In this document: in pieces, positions 46,003 to 57,200 of the stretch
Position numbering within the stretch: the stretch's first letter is position 1
How the letters are laid out: every line of letters begins with the position of its first letter
DNA from: Clostridia bacterium
Lineage (GTDB): Bacteria > Bacillota > Clostridia > UMGS1883 > UMGS1540
DNA length: 64,000 nucleotides
Direction of reading: 5' to 3'
Assembly: GCA_045533905.1 (NCBI GenBank)
Contig: JAZSIR010000001.1
Location: forward strand, 7,617-71,616
The notes under the pieces: model-generated
Told to the model about the DNA's origin: nothing
The model's database searches: none
What the model saw: only the letters and a program-made list of their open reading frames with translations
Made by a program: the position numbers and the translations under genes

Positions 46003-47913
46003 TTATACAATGCGGCGGAATTGTTTCTCTATTTCCTTTTTTGTGAGTGACAGAATAATCGGTCTCCCGTGCGGGCAGGTGGCAATGCCTTCCAGAAGAA
46101 GTGCCTTCTTCACAAGAACCTCCTGCTCCTTTTCGGAAAGGTACCGGCCGCCTTTTAAGGCCGCCTTGCAGGCGATGCTCTCGAGAGCTTCCATCTCGGC
46201 AGTGGTCTTGGTGTCCCGTCTTGCGGAAAGTCTGTCGATAATTTCCAGAAATGCGGCGGAGACATCGGTATCGGAAAGTGCCGTGGGCACCATACTGATT
46301 TTGACAATCCCCGTGCCGAACTCCTCGGCATCAAAGCCGATTTTCTGCACAAGTGCTTCGTTTTCAAGAAATACAGACATTTCGCTCGGCGAAAGCCGCA
46401 CATTCGTAGGCATCAGAAGCATCTGGCTGTCCACGCCCTTACCCTTTATATCTTCAAGGAGGGCATTATATAAGATACGCTCGTGCGCTGCGTGCTGATC
46501 AACTAAAATGAGCTTTCCTTCTGCTTCGGCCACGATATAGGTATCAAATGCCTGCCCCAAAATGCGCACAAACGGCTCCGGCTCGGGTGCGGGCACAGCT
46601 TCGGCTTTACCTTCGACTGTAGATTCCGGTACGCGTGCGGGCGCAGGTGTTACCGCAGTTTCCTTCTTCTCAGGAAACTCCGGAAGCGGAACTTCCACGG
46701 AAATACGCGGTGCAGAGCACATCTCTTCTCTTTCTCCGGCATAGGAATATGCGGGCGGCGGCGTCACGGTCACCGTGCGCGGCGACTCTCTCTTTTCCGG
46801 CGTTTCTGGCGTGGCAGCACGCGGCTTTGTGGGCGCTGAAGGCGGTACGACTTCGGTCTGCACCGGAGAAGCCGTCTCCCTCTTCGGCGGAGGCGTCGTT
46901 TCTATATGCAGCGTGCGCGTATCGCGGATCGCATAGAGCGAATTTTTCGTACCCCAGTAAATCACATCAAAAATGGGCTTGTCATTTGCAAACTTGATTT
47001 CCGCTTTCGAAGGATGTACATTCACATCACAAAGTGCAGGGTCAATATTGATATGTAAAACGGCCACAGGGAATCTTCCTGTCATAATCTGACCGCGGTA
47101 TGCCTCCATAAGCGCTATGGAGAAGCTTTTATGCATAACACTTCTGCCGTTGACAAAGAAAATCTGAAACGTGCGGTTCGGCCTTGTCAGCTCACTTTTG
47201 CCAATGAGCCCCGTAATCTGCACGCCGTCCTGCGCATAGGAGACGGGAAGCATTGCCTCGGCATAGTCACGCCCGAAAAGCGCCAGAACTGCATTTTGTA
47301 GCTCGCCGTCACCGGGCGTGAAAAAGATTTCTTTGCCGTTTACAATAAAGCGAAAGGAAATATCCGGGCGTGCGAGGGCGATTTTACGGACAATCTCCTC
47401 CGCATAGCCTGCTTCAACACTGTCTTTTTTCAGAAACTTCATTCTTGCCGGCGTATTAAAGAATAAATCACGAACAACAACGCTTGTGCCGTCGGGACAG
47501 CCGCAAGGCTCGAGCAGCGGCTCGCCGCCACCTCGTACGGCGGCGCGCGTTCCCATTGCATCCTCGCGGCGCTTTGTTATGATTTCCACTTCCGCCACAG
47601 CCGCGATACTGTAAAGAGCCTCCCCGCGAAAGCCGAGTGTTACGATGCTTTCGAGATCCTCTTCCGTTTCTATCTTACTCGTTGCATGGCGCAAAAACGC
47701 CGTGGGTACATCCTCTTCGGCCATACCGCGGCCGTTATCGGTGACCCGCATATATGTAATGCCGCCACGGCGCAGCTCCACGGTAATATGGCTCGCCAAA
47801 GCGTCAATTGCATTTTCCACAAGTTCTTTTATAACAGATGCCGGGCGTTCTACCACCTCGCCCGCAGCAATAAGCGCCGCAACTTCAGGCGCCAGTTTTC
47901 TGATTTCTGCCAT
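46003..47913 (-). CDS. mutL: DNA mismatch repair protein MutL.
   Basis: GHKL N-terminus (IKELVENAIDALA..VTDNGRGM) and a C-terminal dimerization domain. 636 aa. Confidence 0.9.
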   Translation of the reverse strand: MAEIRKLAPEVAALIAAGEVVERPASVIKELVENAIDALASHITVELRRGGITYMRVTDNGRGMAEEDVPTAFLRHATSKIETEEDLESIVTLGFRGEALYSIAAVAEVEIITKRREDAMGTRAAVRGGGEPLLEPCGCPDGTSVVVRDLFFNTPARMKFLKKDSVEAGYAEEIVRKIALARPDISFRFIVNGKEIFFTPGDGELQNAVLALFGRDYAEAMLPVSYAQDGVQITGLIGKSELTRPNRTFQIFFVNGRSVMHKSFSIALMEAYRGQIMTGRFPVAVLHINIDPALCDVNVHPSKAEIKFANDKPIFDVIYWGTKNSLYAIRDTRTLHIETTPPPKRETASPVQTEVVPPSAPTKPRAATPETPEKRESPRTVTVTPPPAYSYAGEREEMCSAPRISVEVPLPEFPEKKETAVTPAPARVPESTVEGKAEAVPAPEPEPFVRILGQAFDTYIVAEAEGKLILVDQHAAHERILYNALLEDIKGKGVDSQMLLMPTNVRLSPSEMSVFLENEALVQKIGFDAEEFGTGIVKISMVPTALSDTDVSAAFLEIIDRLSARRDTKTTAEMEALESIACKAALKGGRYLSEKEQEVLVKKALLLEGIATCPHGRPIILSLTKKEIEKQFRRIV

Positions 47914-48001
47914 ACTGTTTCCTCGCTTTTCTCTCGTTCTCTCCGTGCCCGCTAGAACAAAAAGGCAAATGAAAACTCATTTGCCTTTTTGTTTTGGCAG
48001 A

Positions 48002-48277
48002 TTACTCTGCGTCGTCTTGTTGCAGAAGCGTTTCTTCGTACTTACGAAGAATGGCACTCTGAAGAAGCTCTCGCATTTCGGCATTGATCGGGTGCGCAAC
48101 GTCCTTAAAAACACCCTCAGGCGTTTTTCTGCTAGGCATTGCTATGAACAGCTTGTCTTGACCTTCAATTACTTTGATGTCATGGATTACGATAGCGTTA
48201 TCGAAGGTTACAGAAACAACCGCCTTCATTTTGCCCTCTGCCGTCATCCGCCTGACGCGGATATCCGTGATGTCCAT
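48002..48277 (-). CDS. spoVG: Septation protein SpoVG.
   Basis: [56 protein letters not shown]. Confidence 0.9.
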   Translation of the reverse strand: MDITDIRVRRMTAEGKMKAVVSVTFDNAIVIHDIKVIEGQDKLFIAMPSRKTPEGVFKDVAHPINAEMRELLQSAILRKYEETLLQQDDAE

Positions 48278-48454
48278 GAATGCATCTCCTCCCGTTTATG
48301 TAGGTCAGAAGCGTCTCTAACCCCGCTTATTTACTATTTTATCAAATAAAAAATAAAATTTCAACAAAAATTACAATTTTATTGTATTTTTTTTATTTTT
48401 TAGTGTATAATATATATAATAGTATATTCTGATTTGGGAAAGGACAACATCGAA

Positions 48455-49825
48455 ATGGCATTTTTATTATCTTCCTTACCGCACGGCGCACATATTCATT
48501 TTATCGGCATAGGCGGCATCAGTATGAGCGGCCTCGCCGACATACTAATAGACCGAGGCTTTCGCGTAAGCGGTTCTGATGTGCGCGAATCCCGCCTTAC
48601 GGAGCATCTCCGTACGCGCGGTGCCACCGTGTACATAGGCCAACGTGCAGAAAACATCCAAAATCCGGATGCCGTTGTATACTCGGCAGCCATAAAGCCG
48701 GATAACGAGGAATTTCGCGCGGCCGAGGAATGCGGCGCGCCTTTGTTTGACCGTGCAACGCTGATGGGCGCGATCATGAAGCTTTATAAATACCCCGTAG
48801 CAATTGCGGGCACACACGGCAAAACCACAACCACCTCCATGATGACGCATATTGCACTCGCAGCTGACCTTGACCCCACCATTTCCCTTGGCGGGGAGCT
48901 TTCTGCCATCGGCGGCAACATCCGCGTTGGCGGCGGCGAGCATTTTATTTGCGAGGCTTGTGAATACCACCAGAGCTTTCTGCGGTTTTTTCCGCTTGTA
49001 AGTATTATTTTAAATGTAGAAGAGGATCATCTCGATTACTTTAGAGATCTTGACCATATTATGGATACTTTCCGCGGTCTCGCGGATTTAACGCCGCCGG
49101 AAGGGGCCGTAATCATCAATGCCGATGACGAAAACACCTGTACAGCAGTGTCGGAAAGTTCTGCCCGCATTATCACCGCTTCTGTACGGGACAAGTCAAA
49201 AGACTTTGTGGCCGTAGATATCGAAACGGATGAAGCCGGCTTCCCCGCCTTCTCCGTTTTAGAGTATGGAGAGAATCTCGGGCGCATTACGCTCTCCGTT
49301 TTCGGTATGCATAATGTATCAAATGCTCTTTGCACCGTGGCCGCTGCGCGTTTTCTCGGTATTCCGTTCTCGGCCATTTCGAAAGGGCTTGCTGCCTTCA
49401 CAGGTGTTGGCCGCCGATTTGAAATCAAGGGCACGAAAGACGGCGTTATGGTGGTAGATGATTATGCGCATCACCCCACAGAAATTGCCGCTACACTTCG
49501 CGTAGCGCAGGAGACCGCAAAAGGGCGCGTGTGGTGCATTTTTCAGCCGCACACCTATACGAGGACCAAAACACTGTTTGACGACTTTAAAACGGTATTT
49601 TCAAACACAGGCGTACTTATGTTAGACATTTATGCCGCCCGTGAAAAGGATACGGGACTTGTAAGCGCAAAAGAGCTTGCGGATGCAACGCCGGGCGCTA
49701 TGTACCTTCCCTCCTTTGAGGCGTGCGCCGCATACCTTCTTGAAAATGTCAGAGAGGGAGATATGGTGCTGACGATGGGCGCGGGCGATGTATACCGCAT
49801 CGGCGAAATGTTTTTAAAAAAATGA
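48455..49825 (+). CDS. murC: UDP-N-acetylmuramate--L-alanine ligase.
   Basis: HIHFIGIGGISMSGLA and GTHGKTTTTSM motifs. The start at 48455 follows an AAAGGA RBS; the ORF track starts at 48434. Confidence 0.9.
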   Translation: MAFLLSSLPHGAHIHFIGIGGISMSGLADILIDRGFRVSGSDVRESRLTEHLRTRGATVYIGQRAENIQNPDAVVYSAAIKPDNEEFRAAEECGAPLFDRATLMGAIMKLYKYPVAIAGTHGKTTTTSMMTHIALAADLDPTISLGGELSAIGGNIRVGGGEHFICEACEYHQSFLRFFPLVSIILNVEEDHLDYFRDLDHIMDTFRGLADLTPPEGAVIINADDENTCTAVSESSARIITASVRDKSKDFVAVDIETDEAGFPAFSVLEYGENLGRITLSVFGMHNVSNALCTVAAARFLGIPFSAISKGLAAFTGVGRRFEIKGTKDGVMVVDDYAHHPTEIAATLRVAQETAKGRVWCIFQPHTYTRTKTLFDDFKTVFSNTGVLMLDIYAAREKDTGLVSAKELADATPGAMYLPSFEACAAYLLENVREGDMVLTMGAGDVYRIGEMFLKK

Positions 49826-49835
49826 ACAGATATAC

Positions 49836-49870
49836 AAAAAGGCTTTAGCAAATAGCTAAAGCCTTTTTTC
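49836..49870. terminator. Bidirectional terminator.
   Basis: A-run, then ggctttagc-aaat-agctaaagcc, then TTTTTT. Confidence 0.7.
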
Positions 49871-51202
49871 TTATTGCTCCGGCATTTTCATAATGCCAAA
49901 TTCGTCTTTGAGCCAGAGAAGTACTTCTCCATCGAGGGATGCCAGGCCTAAATTGAACTGACCTTTCAGTGTTGTATCCTTTCGGATGGTTTCGTACAGA
50001 CCCTTTGCAATATCCACCTGTGCTTTGATTTCAGGTGTTTTAAACATAAACTGCCTGTCAATGATAGCCTTATCTTCATACGTTAATACATCTATAATGC
50101 AGTCATGAATCGTTGTGATTAAGAGATACGGCTCAACGCCGGAAAACTCATTGAGATGTGCACTTATGTCGTCACGCACAAATCTGAGCTGGTCGGCCAT
50201 CGCCTTGTTTTCGAGCGCGTAGTTCGGCGTGGGCGTCGGTTTCGGCGTAGCCGTTGCAGTGGGCTTCGGAGAAGCGGTTGCAGTAGGTTTCGGCGTAGCT
50301 GTTGCAGTAGGCTTCGGAGAAGCGGTTGCGGTAGGCTTCGGAGAAGCGGTTGCGGTAGCACTCGGGCTCGTAGTTGCCGTGGGTGCAGGGCTTGCCGTGG
50401 GCGCAGGAGAAGCCGAAGGGCTCTGTGTGGGAACCGGTGTGGCTGTAGGTGTGGGCGTTGTGCCGCCGACAACATTGTTGCCGCCGCCTCCACCGCCGCC
50501 TCCACCGCCGCCACCGCCGCCTCCGCCGCCGGAGGAGCTTGTGGGTTTGGGTGTAGGCGTGGGAACTACAGGCACATAGAGATTTGCAAACATCTGGCAA
50601 AACTCAGCTCTTGTTATGTTTTGCGTAGCACGGAAGGTGTTCCCCGCTTCCAGCGAAACGAATGCATTTCCAAGCGCGGCCTGTACATACGGAACGGCCC
50701 ACTCGGAAACCACGTCACTGATTTCGGTTTTAATCCCCAAGTCAAAAAGAGCTGCCGTGCGGCAAAGGATAGCGCACGCTTGTTCTCTTGTTACCATATT
50801 CTGGCCGCGGAAGGTGCCGTCCTCATACCCTACGATGTAGCCGGCCTTCTTGGCAATCAGTACATAGTCATAATACCAGTCCTCAGCCGTTACATCCGAA
50901 AAACCGGTAGCGTCTTTTTCAGTGTAGGCGAAAATGGCATTTACAATCTTGGAAAGCTCTGCACGTGTGATGGGAGCATCCGGTCGGAATGTACCGTCGC
51001 CATATCCAAGCAAAATGCCGCCGTCGGCAAGCTTGTAGATGGCTTTTCCTGCATCTGTGTTCTTATCTACATCCGTAAACACAATGGGAGTTTTCGTCTC
51101 CGCCGAGCGTGCGGAAAGCTCTGTTGCAGAAACGGATGCAAGTGTGGCGAACACTGTCATGGCAATTGCCAGAAACAATGCGCCTTTTCTTGAAGGTTTC
51201 AT
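49871..51202 (-). CDS. SLH-domain surface protein with a poly-Gly tract and Pro/Thr/Ala-rich 8-aa repeats.
   Basis: Signal peptide and SLH repeats (FTDVDKNTDAGKAIYKLADGGILLGY; FSDVTAEDWYYDYVLIAKKAG). It then has a run of 17 Gly and five copies of PTATA(S/T)PK before a C-terminal globular domain. Confidence 0.7.
   Translation of the reverse strand: MKPSRKGALFLAIAMTVFATLASVSATELSARSAETKTPIVFTDVDKNTDAGKAIYKLADGGILLGYGDGTFRPDAPITRAELSKIVNAIFAYTEKDATGFSDVTAEDWYYDYVLIAKKAGYIVGYEDGTFRGQNMVTREQACAILCRTAALFDLGIKTEISDVVSEWAVPYVQAALGNAFVSLEAGNTFRATQNITRAEFCQMFANLYVPVVPTPTPKPTSSSGGGGGGGGGGGGGGGGGNNVVGGTTPTPTATPVPTQSPSASPAPTASPAPTATTSPSATATASPKPTATASPKPTATATPKPTATASPKPTATATPKPTPTPNYALENKAMADQLRFVRDDISAHLNEFSGVEPYLLITTIHDCIIDVLTYEDKAIIDRQFMFKTPEIKAQVDIAKGLYETIRKDTTLKGQFNLGLASLDGEVLLWLKDEFGIMKMPEQ
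50225..50350. repeat. Tandem 24-nt coding repeat (PTATASPK/PTATATPK, five copies).
   Basis: Near-identical 24-mers (ggcttcggagaagcggttgcggta...). Confidence 0.7.
50456..50533. repeat. GGN-codon simple-sequence tract encoding 17 consecutive Gly.
   Basis: ccgccgcctccaccgccgcctccaccgccgccaccgccgcctccgccgcc on the plus strand. Confidence 0.7.
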
Positions 51203-51262
51203 TTTGTTCCCTCCTTGTTCTGAAAATCCGCCACGGCCACACGGCTGTGGCGGATTTTTTGA

Positions 51263-54200
51263 TTAAAATTCAAGTTTTCTCGTGATGCGAAGTGTGATAT
51301 TTGCGAAATTTACGCGAAAATCATCTCTTGTAGCGATGTCATCCGCGGTCTCCGGTACGCGGAAGGGTTCCACACCTTCCTCTGCGATGAGGCAAAGAAG
51401 ATCGTATACAGAATCCACAGTGCCTGTCACTCTACCCGAATTCTTGATTTCATCCATGCGGTCGGCCAGTGTGCCGAATCCGCCGCGGCCGGCAAAGAGT
51501 TCACCAAGCGATGTGCTTTCGAACTTGTTGACTGCTGTGCGGAGCTTGCCGGAATCAATCAGCTTCTTGAGAGCTTCCTGCGTCTTTGCTTCGAACTGAT
51601 AGAAGAGCGTATAGAGAGAATCCATTGTGATAACCGGTTCTTCCTGCCCTACAATCCAGTCGGTAAGCTTCTGTACCTTTTCGTTATTTTCAATGTCACC
51701 CGAGAGGATCAGTTCATCCACGCGCGAGCCGAGATAACGTTCTACGAGTCCCTGCAATTTTGCGCGGTTCTTAGAAAGCAGATCGGAAATCTGGCTTACC
51801 TGCGAAATGAGCGAATCTATGCGACCGGGAAGCGTTCCGTCGTTTTCGAAGGCTTCTAAAAGCTCACGGATCTTTGCATATGCCGCATCGGCTTTATCAA
51901 AGAGCGCGCTGTAAACCGCCGCAAACTCTGTCGGCGTTACGTTGTTATCATCACCGTACCAGGTGAGTGCATCGTCCGCAACAAGGAATGTTGCATAGAT
52001 GTAATCGTAATAATCCATAACATCCTTTACCGTGTAGCCTGTGAGCGTTTCGCTCCGGAGCGCCGGGTTATATGTGAGAAGGCTGTCAACAATGCTCGTT
52101 TCCACCAGATACTTAAGGTAAATGTTTTCATCGTAGCGAACACCGAGATCCCGGATCTTCTCTTCAGCCTTTGCCTGCGCCTTTTCATAGATCGGCACTA
52201 CGATTTCATTGATTACGTCGATTTTCCATGTAAGCGAGGTTGTGTACTTCGCCGGAGCACCGGTATTTCTTGCTCTGTCAATAGCGGCTTCGAGACCATC
52301 GCAGTACTCGTCACGGATTTCAGTGAAGAAGCCGTTGATGCGGTCCTTGCCGAGGATGTTGACCATCTTCGAAAGGATTGCATTATCCGTCTGCTCCAGT
52401 GCGGAATCGAGAGAGAGCGAACGGATGGCACCGGCAATGGCAATGACCATCGAAAGATTACCGCTGTTGATTTCAAATTCTTTCTTTGTTAGAAGACTTG
52501 TTAAAAGTGTATCGTACTCTGTAGTCTGGCTGATCTCGGTGTAAACGCTGTCTGCAAATGCAATCTTATCTTCAAGACGGCTAATGTACGCCTTCACAAG
52601 CGTCTCGTTAATTACGGAAGACAAATCGAATGTAGCGAGCACTTCTGTGATCAGCGCGCGGTTATCATGAATAAATTCTGCCGTAATATTGTCGATAAAT
52701 CCACCGACTTCTGTTGCAATTTCCGCGGGCGTTGCATCCTCGTTGATATAGGTCGTAGCCATAGATTCGAGCGTGGAAGCCTGCGCCGGATCTGCAATAA
52801 AGGTCTCCAGTTCTGCACGAATAAGTGTGACGTTTGCGGAGTCTGCCCCGAGGAACTTTGCGGTGTATCTGTTGAGATCGGACAGCGAGATCGTGCCAAC
52901 ACTGGTAACGAGCAGCCCCTCTACCATGGTTCTGTTTTCCGCTACCGCGGTTGCCATGTAGCCGGTGATTGCAGTGTTCGACATCGTGGGAATGTACGCC
53001 GCAAGTTTTGTCTTTAACGTTTCCTTTGCGTTCGGAACCGTATTGAACATGCTTGTGAGATTTGTAGCAATCTGTTCCTTTGTAAGGCCGCCTACATATG
53101 TCTTAATCAGGGCCTTCATTTCTGCGCCTTCACAATTTCCGGCGATGAAGGAAGACATTGTGGCCGTGCTTACTTTCCCATCCGTTACGGCATCAATCAA
53201 GGCCTTTTCCACGTCTCCGTAGACGGTGCTGCCTGCTGCCTGCACCATAGGAACGAGCTTTGAAATCAAGAGGCTGTAATTGGCATCCTGTTTTACAATG
53301 CCTTCGGCCATTGCGCGGTTTGTCGATACAAATTCGCGAATAACCGCAGCAATATCGTCCTGCTTGGTTTCGTCATGGAGCATTACGTTCTTGAGCGTTT
53401 CAAGATGTCCCTTAATGGTATAAATTTCATCTGTGCTTTCTACGTTAGTAGCTTTTACAATTTCGCCAACGCATGTAATAAGGATTTCTTCAATAACAGA
53501 TGCTACATTCGCGTTGAGAGAAGAATCTTCCGTGAGATACTTTTCTACGTATTCCACCATCTTAGCTTCAATAATGCTGTTAATCTTAGCATCGGTAATG
53601 GTGTTACCGGCGGCCAAAGCATCGAGCATTTCTACCTTGTAGGCGTCGAATTCGCTTCTTGCTGTTGCGAGGATTTCGTCGCGTGCGGCAGAATTGGTAT
53701 ACAGGTCATCCTTAAACATCTGCTGGTTTGCGCCTGCGTAATTCGTGGAGCCGTAAATAGCTGCAATCCCCGGGTTTGTAGCATACATTTCGTCATACAA
53801 ATCCGAAAGCATAGCTTCTACTTCTGTCTGCGTGATAAAGCCTTCAAAGGCACTCGCATCTACCCCACTCTGGCCGCAGATGTAGGCGTACAATGCAGAC
53901 TCATTCGGAACCACAGCGCTGAATGTGATGGAATTTAAAACTTCTGTACGCATCGCGCCACGGATATCTGTCGGTTCCTGACCGGGAAGCGGCTTGGAAA
54001 TCAAGAGTTTGAAGTTTGTGTCAGCCTTTACACGGTTTAAAATGTTCGTTTTAAACGCGGTGTTGCCGGCAAGGAGTGCTTCGATATCCGTCTTTATATC
54101 GCCGTGATGGAGGTTATCAACCACATGGTCATGGAAAATTGTGGAATGCAGAAGTGCATCAATAAATGCATCATTGGCAACAACTGCATCGATAAGTGCA

Positions 54201-57200
54201 TCGCGAAATGCCGTGTTTGCCAGGACCTTATCGATAAAGGTGTCTGCAAGAAGCATTGTGGCGATCATGTCCTTTACAGTGGTTTCCTGCAAAATGGTCG
54301 AGAGCGAGCTGCTCATCAAAATCGCTTTGCGAACATTGGTACCTGTAGATGTAGTGGTATCCAAAATAGCTGCTTTGACTTCTGTCAACACCGTGTTCAT
54401 CATAACTGAGCTTGTGCTCTTAAGGTCGGCGCAAATTACGTTTACAAGTTCGTCGCTTCCTTTAATATAGGTTACAACAGCGTCGCTTGCCGTTCCCGCG
54501 GCAAGGTCACCAATAAGTGCTTCCGCAATGGTCGTCTTAATCGTGCCATTTTCGCGAATCTCCGCAATAACAAAGTCACGCAGGGGGTCTTCCGGCGCTG
54601 TGTTCGAAAGCGAGGTAATCAGTGTATTTACAAAGCGCTTCTGCAAATCGCTTCCTTCTGTTTTGAGAAGACCGTCAAGATAGGTAAGCGCGGAAGTTTT
54701 GAGCGCGGATTGTTTCTCTACATCCTGCAAATCTGCGAGAAGTTGATTTACAATTCTTGTGCGGAATTCCCCGTTGGTTGTCAGGTAATTTACAACGAAC
54801 GAAAGCATCTTCGAAGGCGTTGCCGTAAGGTCTGTTACAATGTAATTTACAATCTGCGGCTTGAACTCTTCTGTTTTTACGAGGTTTGCAAGTTCTTCAT
54901 CCGTCATCGCGCCAATGAGACCGGATACATCGATCGTGCCCGCGAGATCCGCTACGTCAATCATGCTGAAGAGGTTATCAAGCTTTGCCTCGTCACTTAC
55001 AGTATCGCGGACAAACTGGCGAACCATGCTGTCAGCCGTGTTTCTCTTTACAAAGGTAGAAATCGGCAAGGAAATCTCCGAAACCTTGATGTTCAAATCT
55101 TCGTCGATAAGACCTGCGTTCGAAAGCTTTTCGATAAGCTGCACCTTTGTTTCATCGTACCGCGGAATCATATCGAGCGTAATGGCCTTTTCAAGCTGCT
55201 GTCTGCCGGCTTTCGCCATATCCTTGACGGAATTCATTGCGCGCGTGCTTGCATTGTAAAACGCCTGCACGTAGAGCGGCTCGGGCATGTCGCGGATAAG
55301 CGCTGTGATAGCTATACTATCGAGAAGAATGTATACATTGGTATCTTCTGTAAGAACGACCTCTGTAGTGAAGGGTACGAGTGTATTTGTATCATCTACA
55401 TACCAAAGAGAACCCTCTGTCTTGTGTGTGTATTCGTTGCCGGCGTATACAGAGGCGAGGCTCGCAGTCTCAGAATACCCTGTCTTATAAAACTGCGTCA
55501 TATCCGGAAGGTCTGCTTCCGAAAGTGTGCCGCCTACATAGGTACCGGAAGTTTTTACATTCAGAATTTCGTTGTAGCCGCGGAAGAACTTAACGACTAC
55601 CGGAGGCTTCGGTACGAAGTTCGGGAAAAGTTCAATTACATCCGGTGTTTCGTCTGTAACTTCAAAGCCCGTAAACTCTGTGCCGTCCGCAAGAATCCAG
55701 CCGCCCATCATCTGGGAAGGATCGCTTACGACTACCTTGTCGAAGTCTGCAAGCGGCGTAATGCTTGCATTTAAGATGGTGTATTCCGTAGTCGGTACAT
55801 AGCCATCTACGAAAGTGGCGTTATAGTGCACCGTGTATGTGATAATTTCAAAGTCTGCATATACATCGACTGTCGTGCCCATACCGGCTGCGACGGCGAG
55901 TGTGGCATCATACGGAACGTAACTTACGTTGCCGCCGTTTTCGACGCGCATAAACCAACCGAGGAAGGTATAACCGGTGCGGTGTACCTTATCAAGTTCC
56001 GGGAAGGTGTAGGCTGTTTCAATGTCGAAGTCCACGCCCGGCGTAAAGCCCGTGACAAAGTCGGTAAAGGCTGTACCGTCCATATTCTTAAAGACAACTC
56101 TGTACGGAATCTTTTCCCATACTGCACGAAGCGTAATGCCTTCGGCCACGGTCATATCAGCAGTAACTGCAAGCTCGGTGACATCCGCGCCCGAAGCATC
56201 CTTCCAGCCGAGGAATCTCCAGCCGAGTCTTTCAATATTTTCATCTGCCGGCAAAACTGTGGTGCCCTGATTCAGAATTGTAAAGTTTGCAGGGGCGGTA
56301 TATCCGTCCTTATAATAGGCAAACGGCGTGGTGCCGTCCGCATCCATAAAGTGAATCGGATATGTGTTCAGGGTATAATTGGAATATACCTTCATGCCGG
56401 AGGTAAGAACTGTGCCCGCGAGAACAGCTGTGCCATCTTCATATTTCCAATTGAAGGTATACCCGAGGGTATCCGCAAAGGTCAGACTTTCAATTACGCT
56501 GCCCTTGGCTACCTTCTTTTCCACATCGTCCACATAGATGGTAATCGGCCCGTCAATCCAGACTGCCTTTAAGGTAAGCCCTTCTGTCGTAGTCAGATCT
56601 TCTGTAACGGCAAGCGCAGTTACTGGCGTACCCGAAAGTGTCTGCCAGCCGTCAAGTGCAAAGCCATCTCTCTCCACATTGTCATTTTGGGGAAGAACAA
56701 TCGTGCTCTGATTTTCTACCGTGAAGCTTACGGGAGCGGTGTATCCGTCCTTATAGTAGGCAAACGGCGTTGCACCGTCCGCATCTACAAAATGCAGCGG
56801 ATACACATTCAGTGCATAGTTTGTGAAAATCTTCATACCGGCGGTGAGAACGGTTTCCGGGAGAACGGGGTCCCCGTTTTCATATTTCCAGCTGAAGGTG
56901 TAACCGAGTCTGTCTTCATACGAAATGCTTTCAATCTTGCTGCCTGCGCGGACGGCTTTGGTTACGTTATCTACATAAATGGTAATCCAGGAAGAACCGG
57001 CACCGCCTGAGCCGGGCTTTGCAAGGAAGCTTGCGCGTGTTTTCTCTAAAAGACCGGTAAATACGGCTTCATCGCGGTAATTCATAAAGGGCGTTACGCC
57101 GTTTACGTTGTTTACCACAACATTTTCGCCTAAAGTTGTATTCTGAATCGTAATGGTACCACCGCGGGCTAAAAGGCGCTTTTCCACCTTGATGCCTTTG

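Noticed and set aside
50156-51193. 345-aa plus-strand ORF and Arg-rich minus-strand ORFs at 50164..50600
   Set aside because: They are alternative frames through the poly-Gly and PT-repeat region of the SLH gene 49871..51202 and are compositionally absurd.
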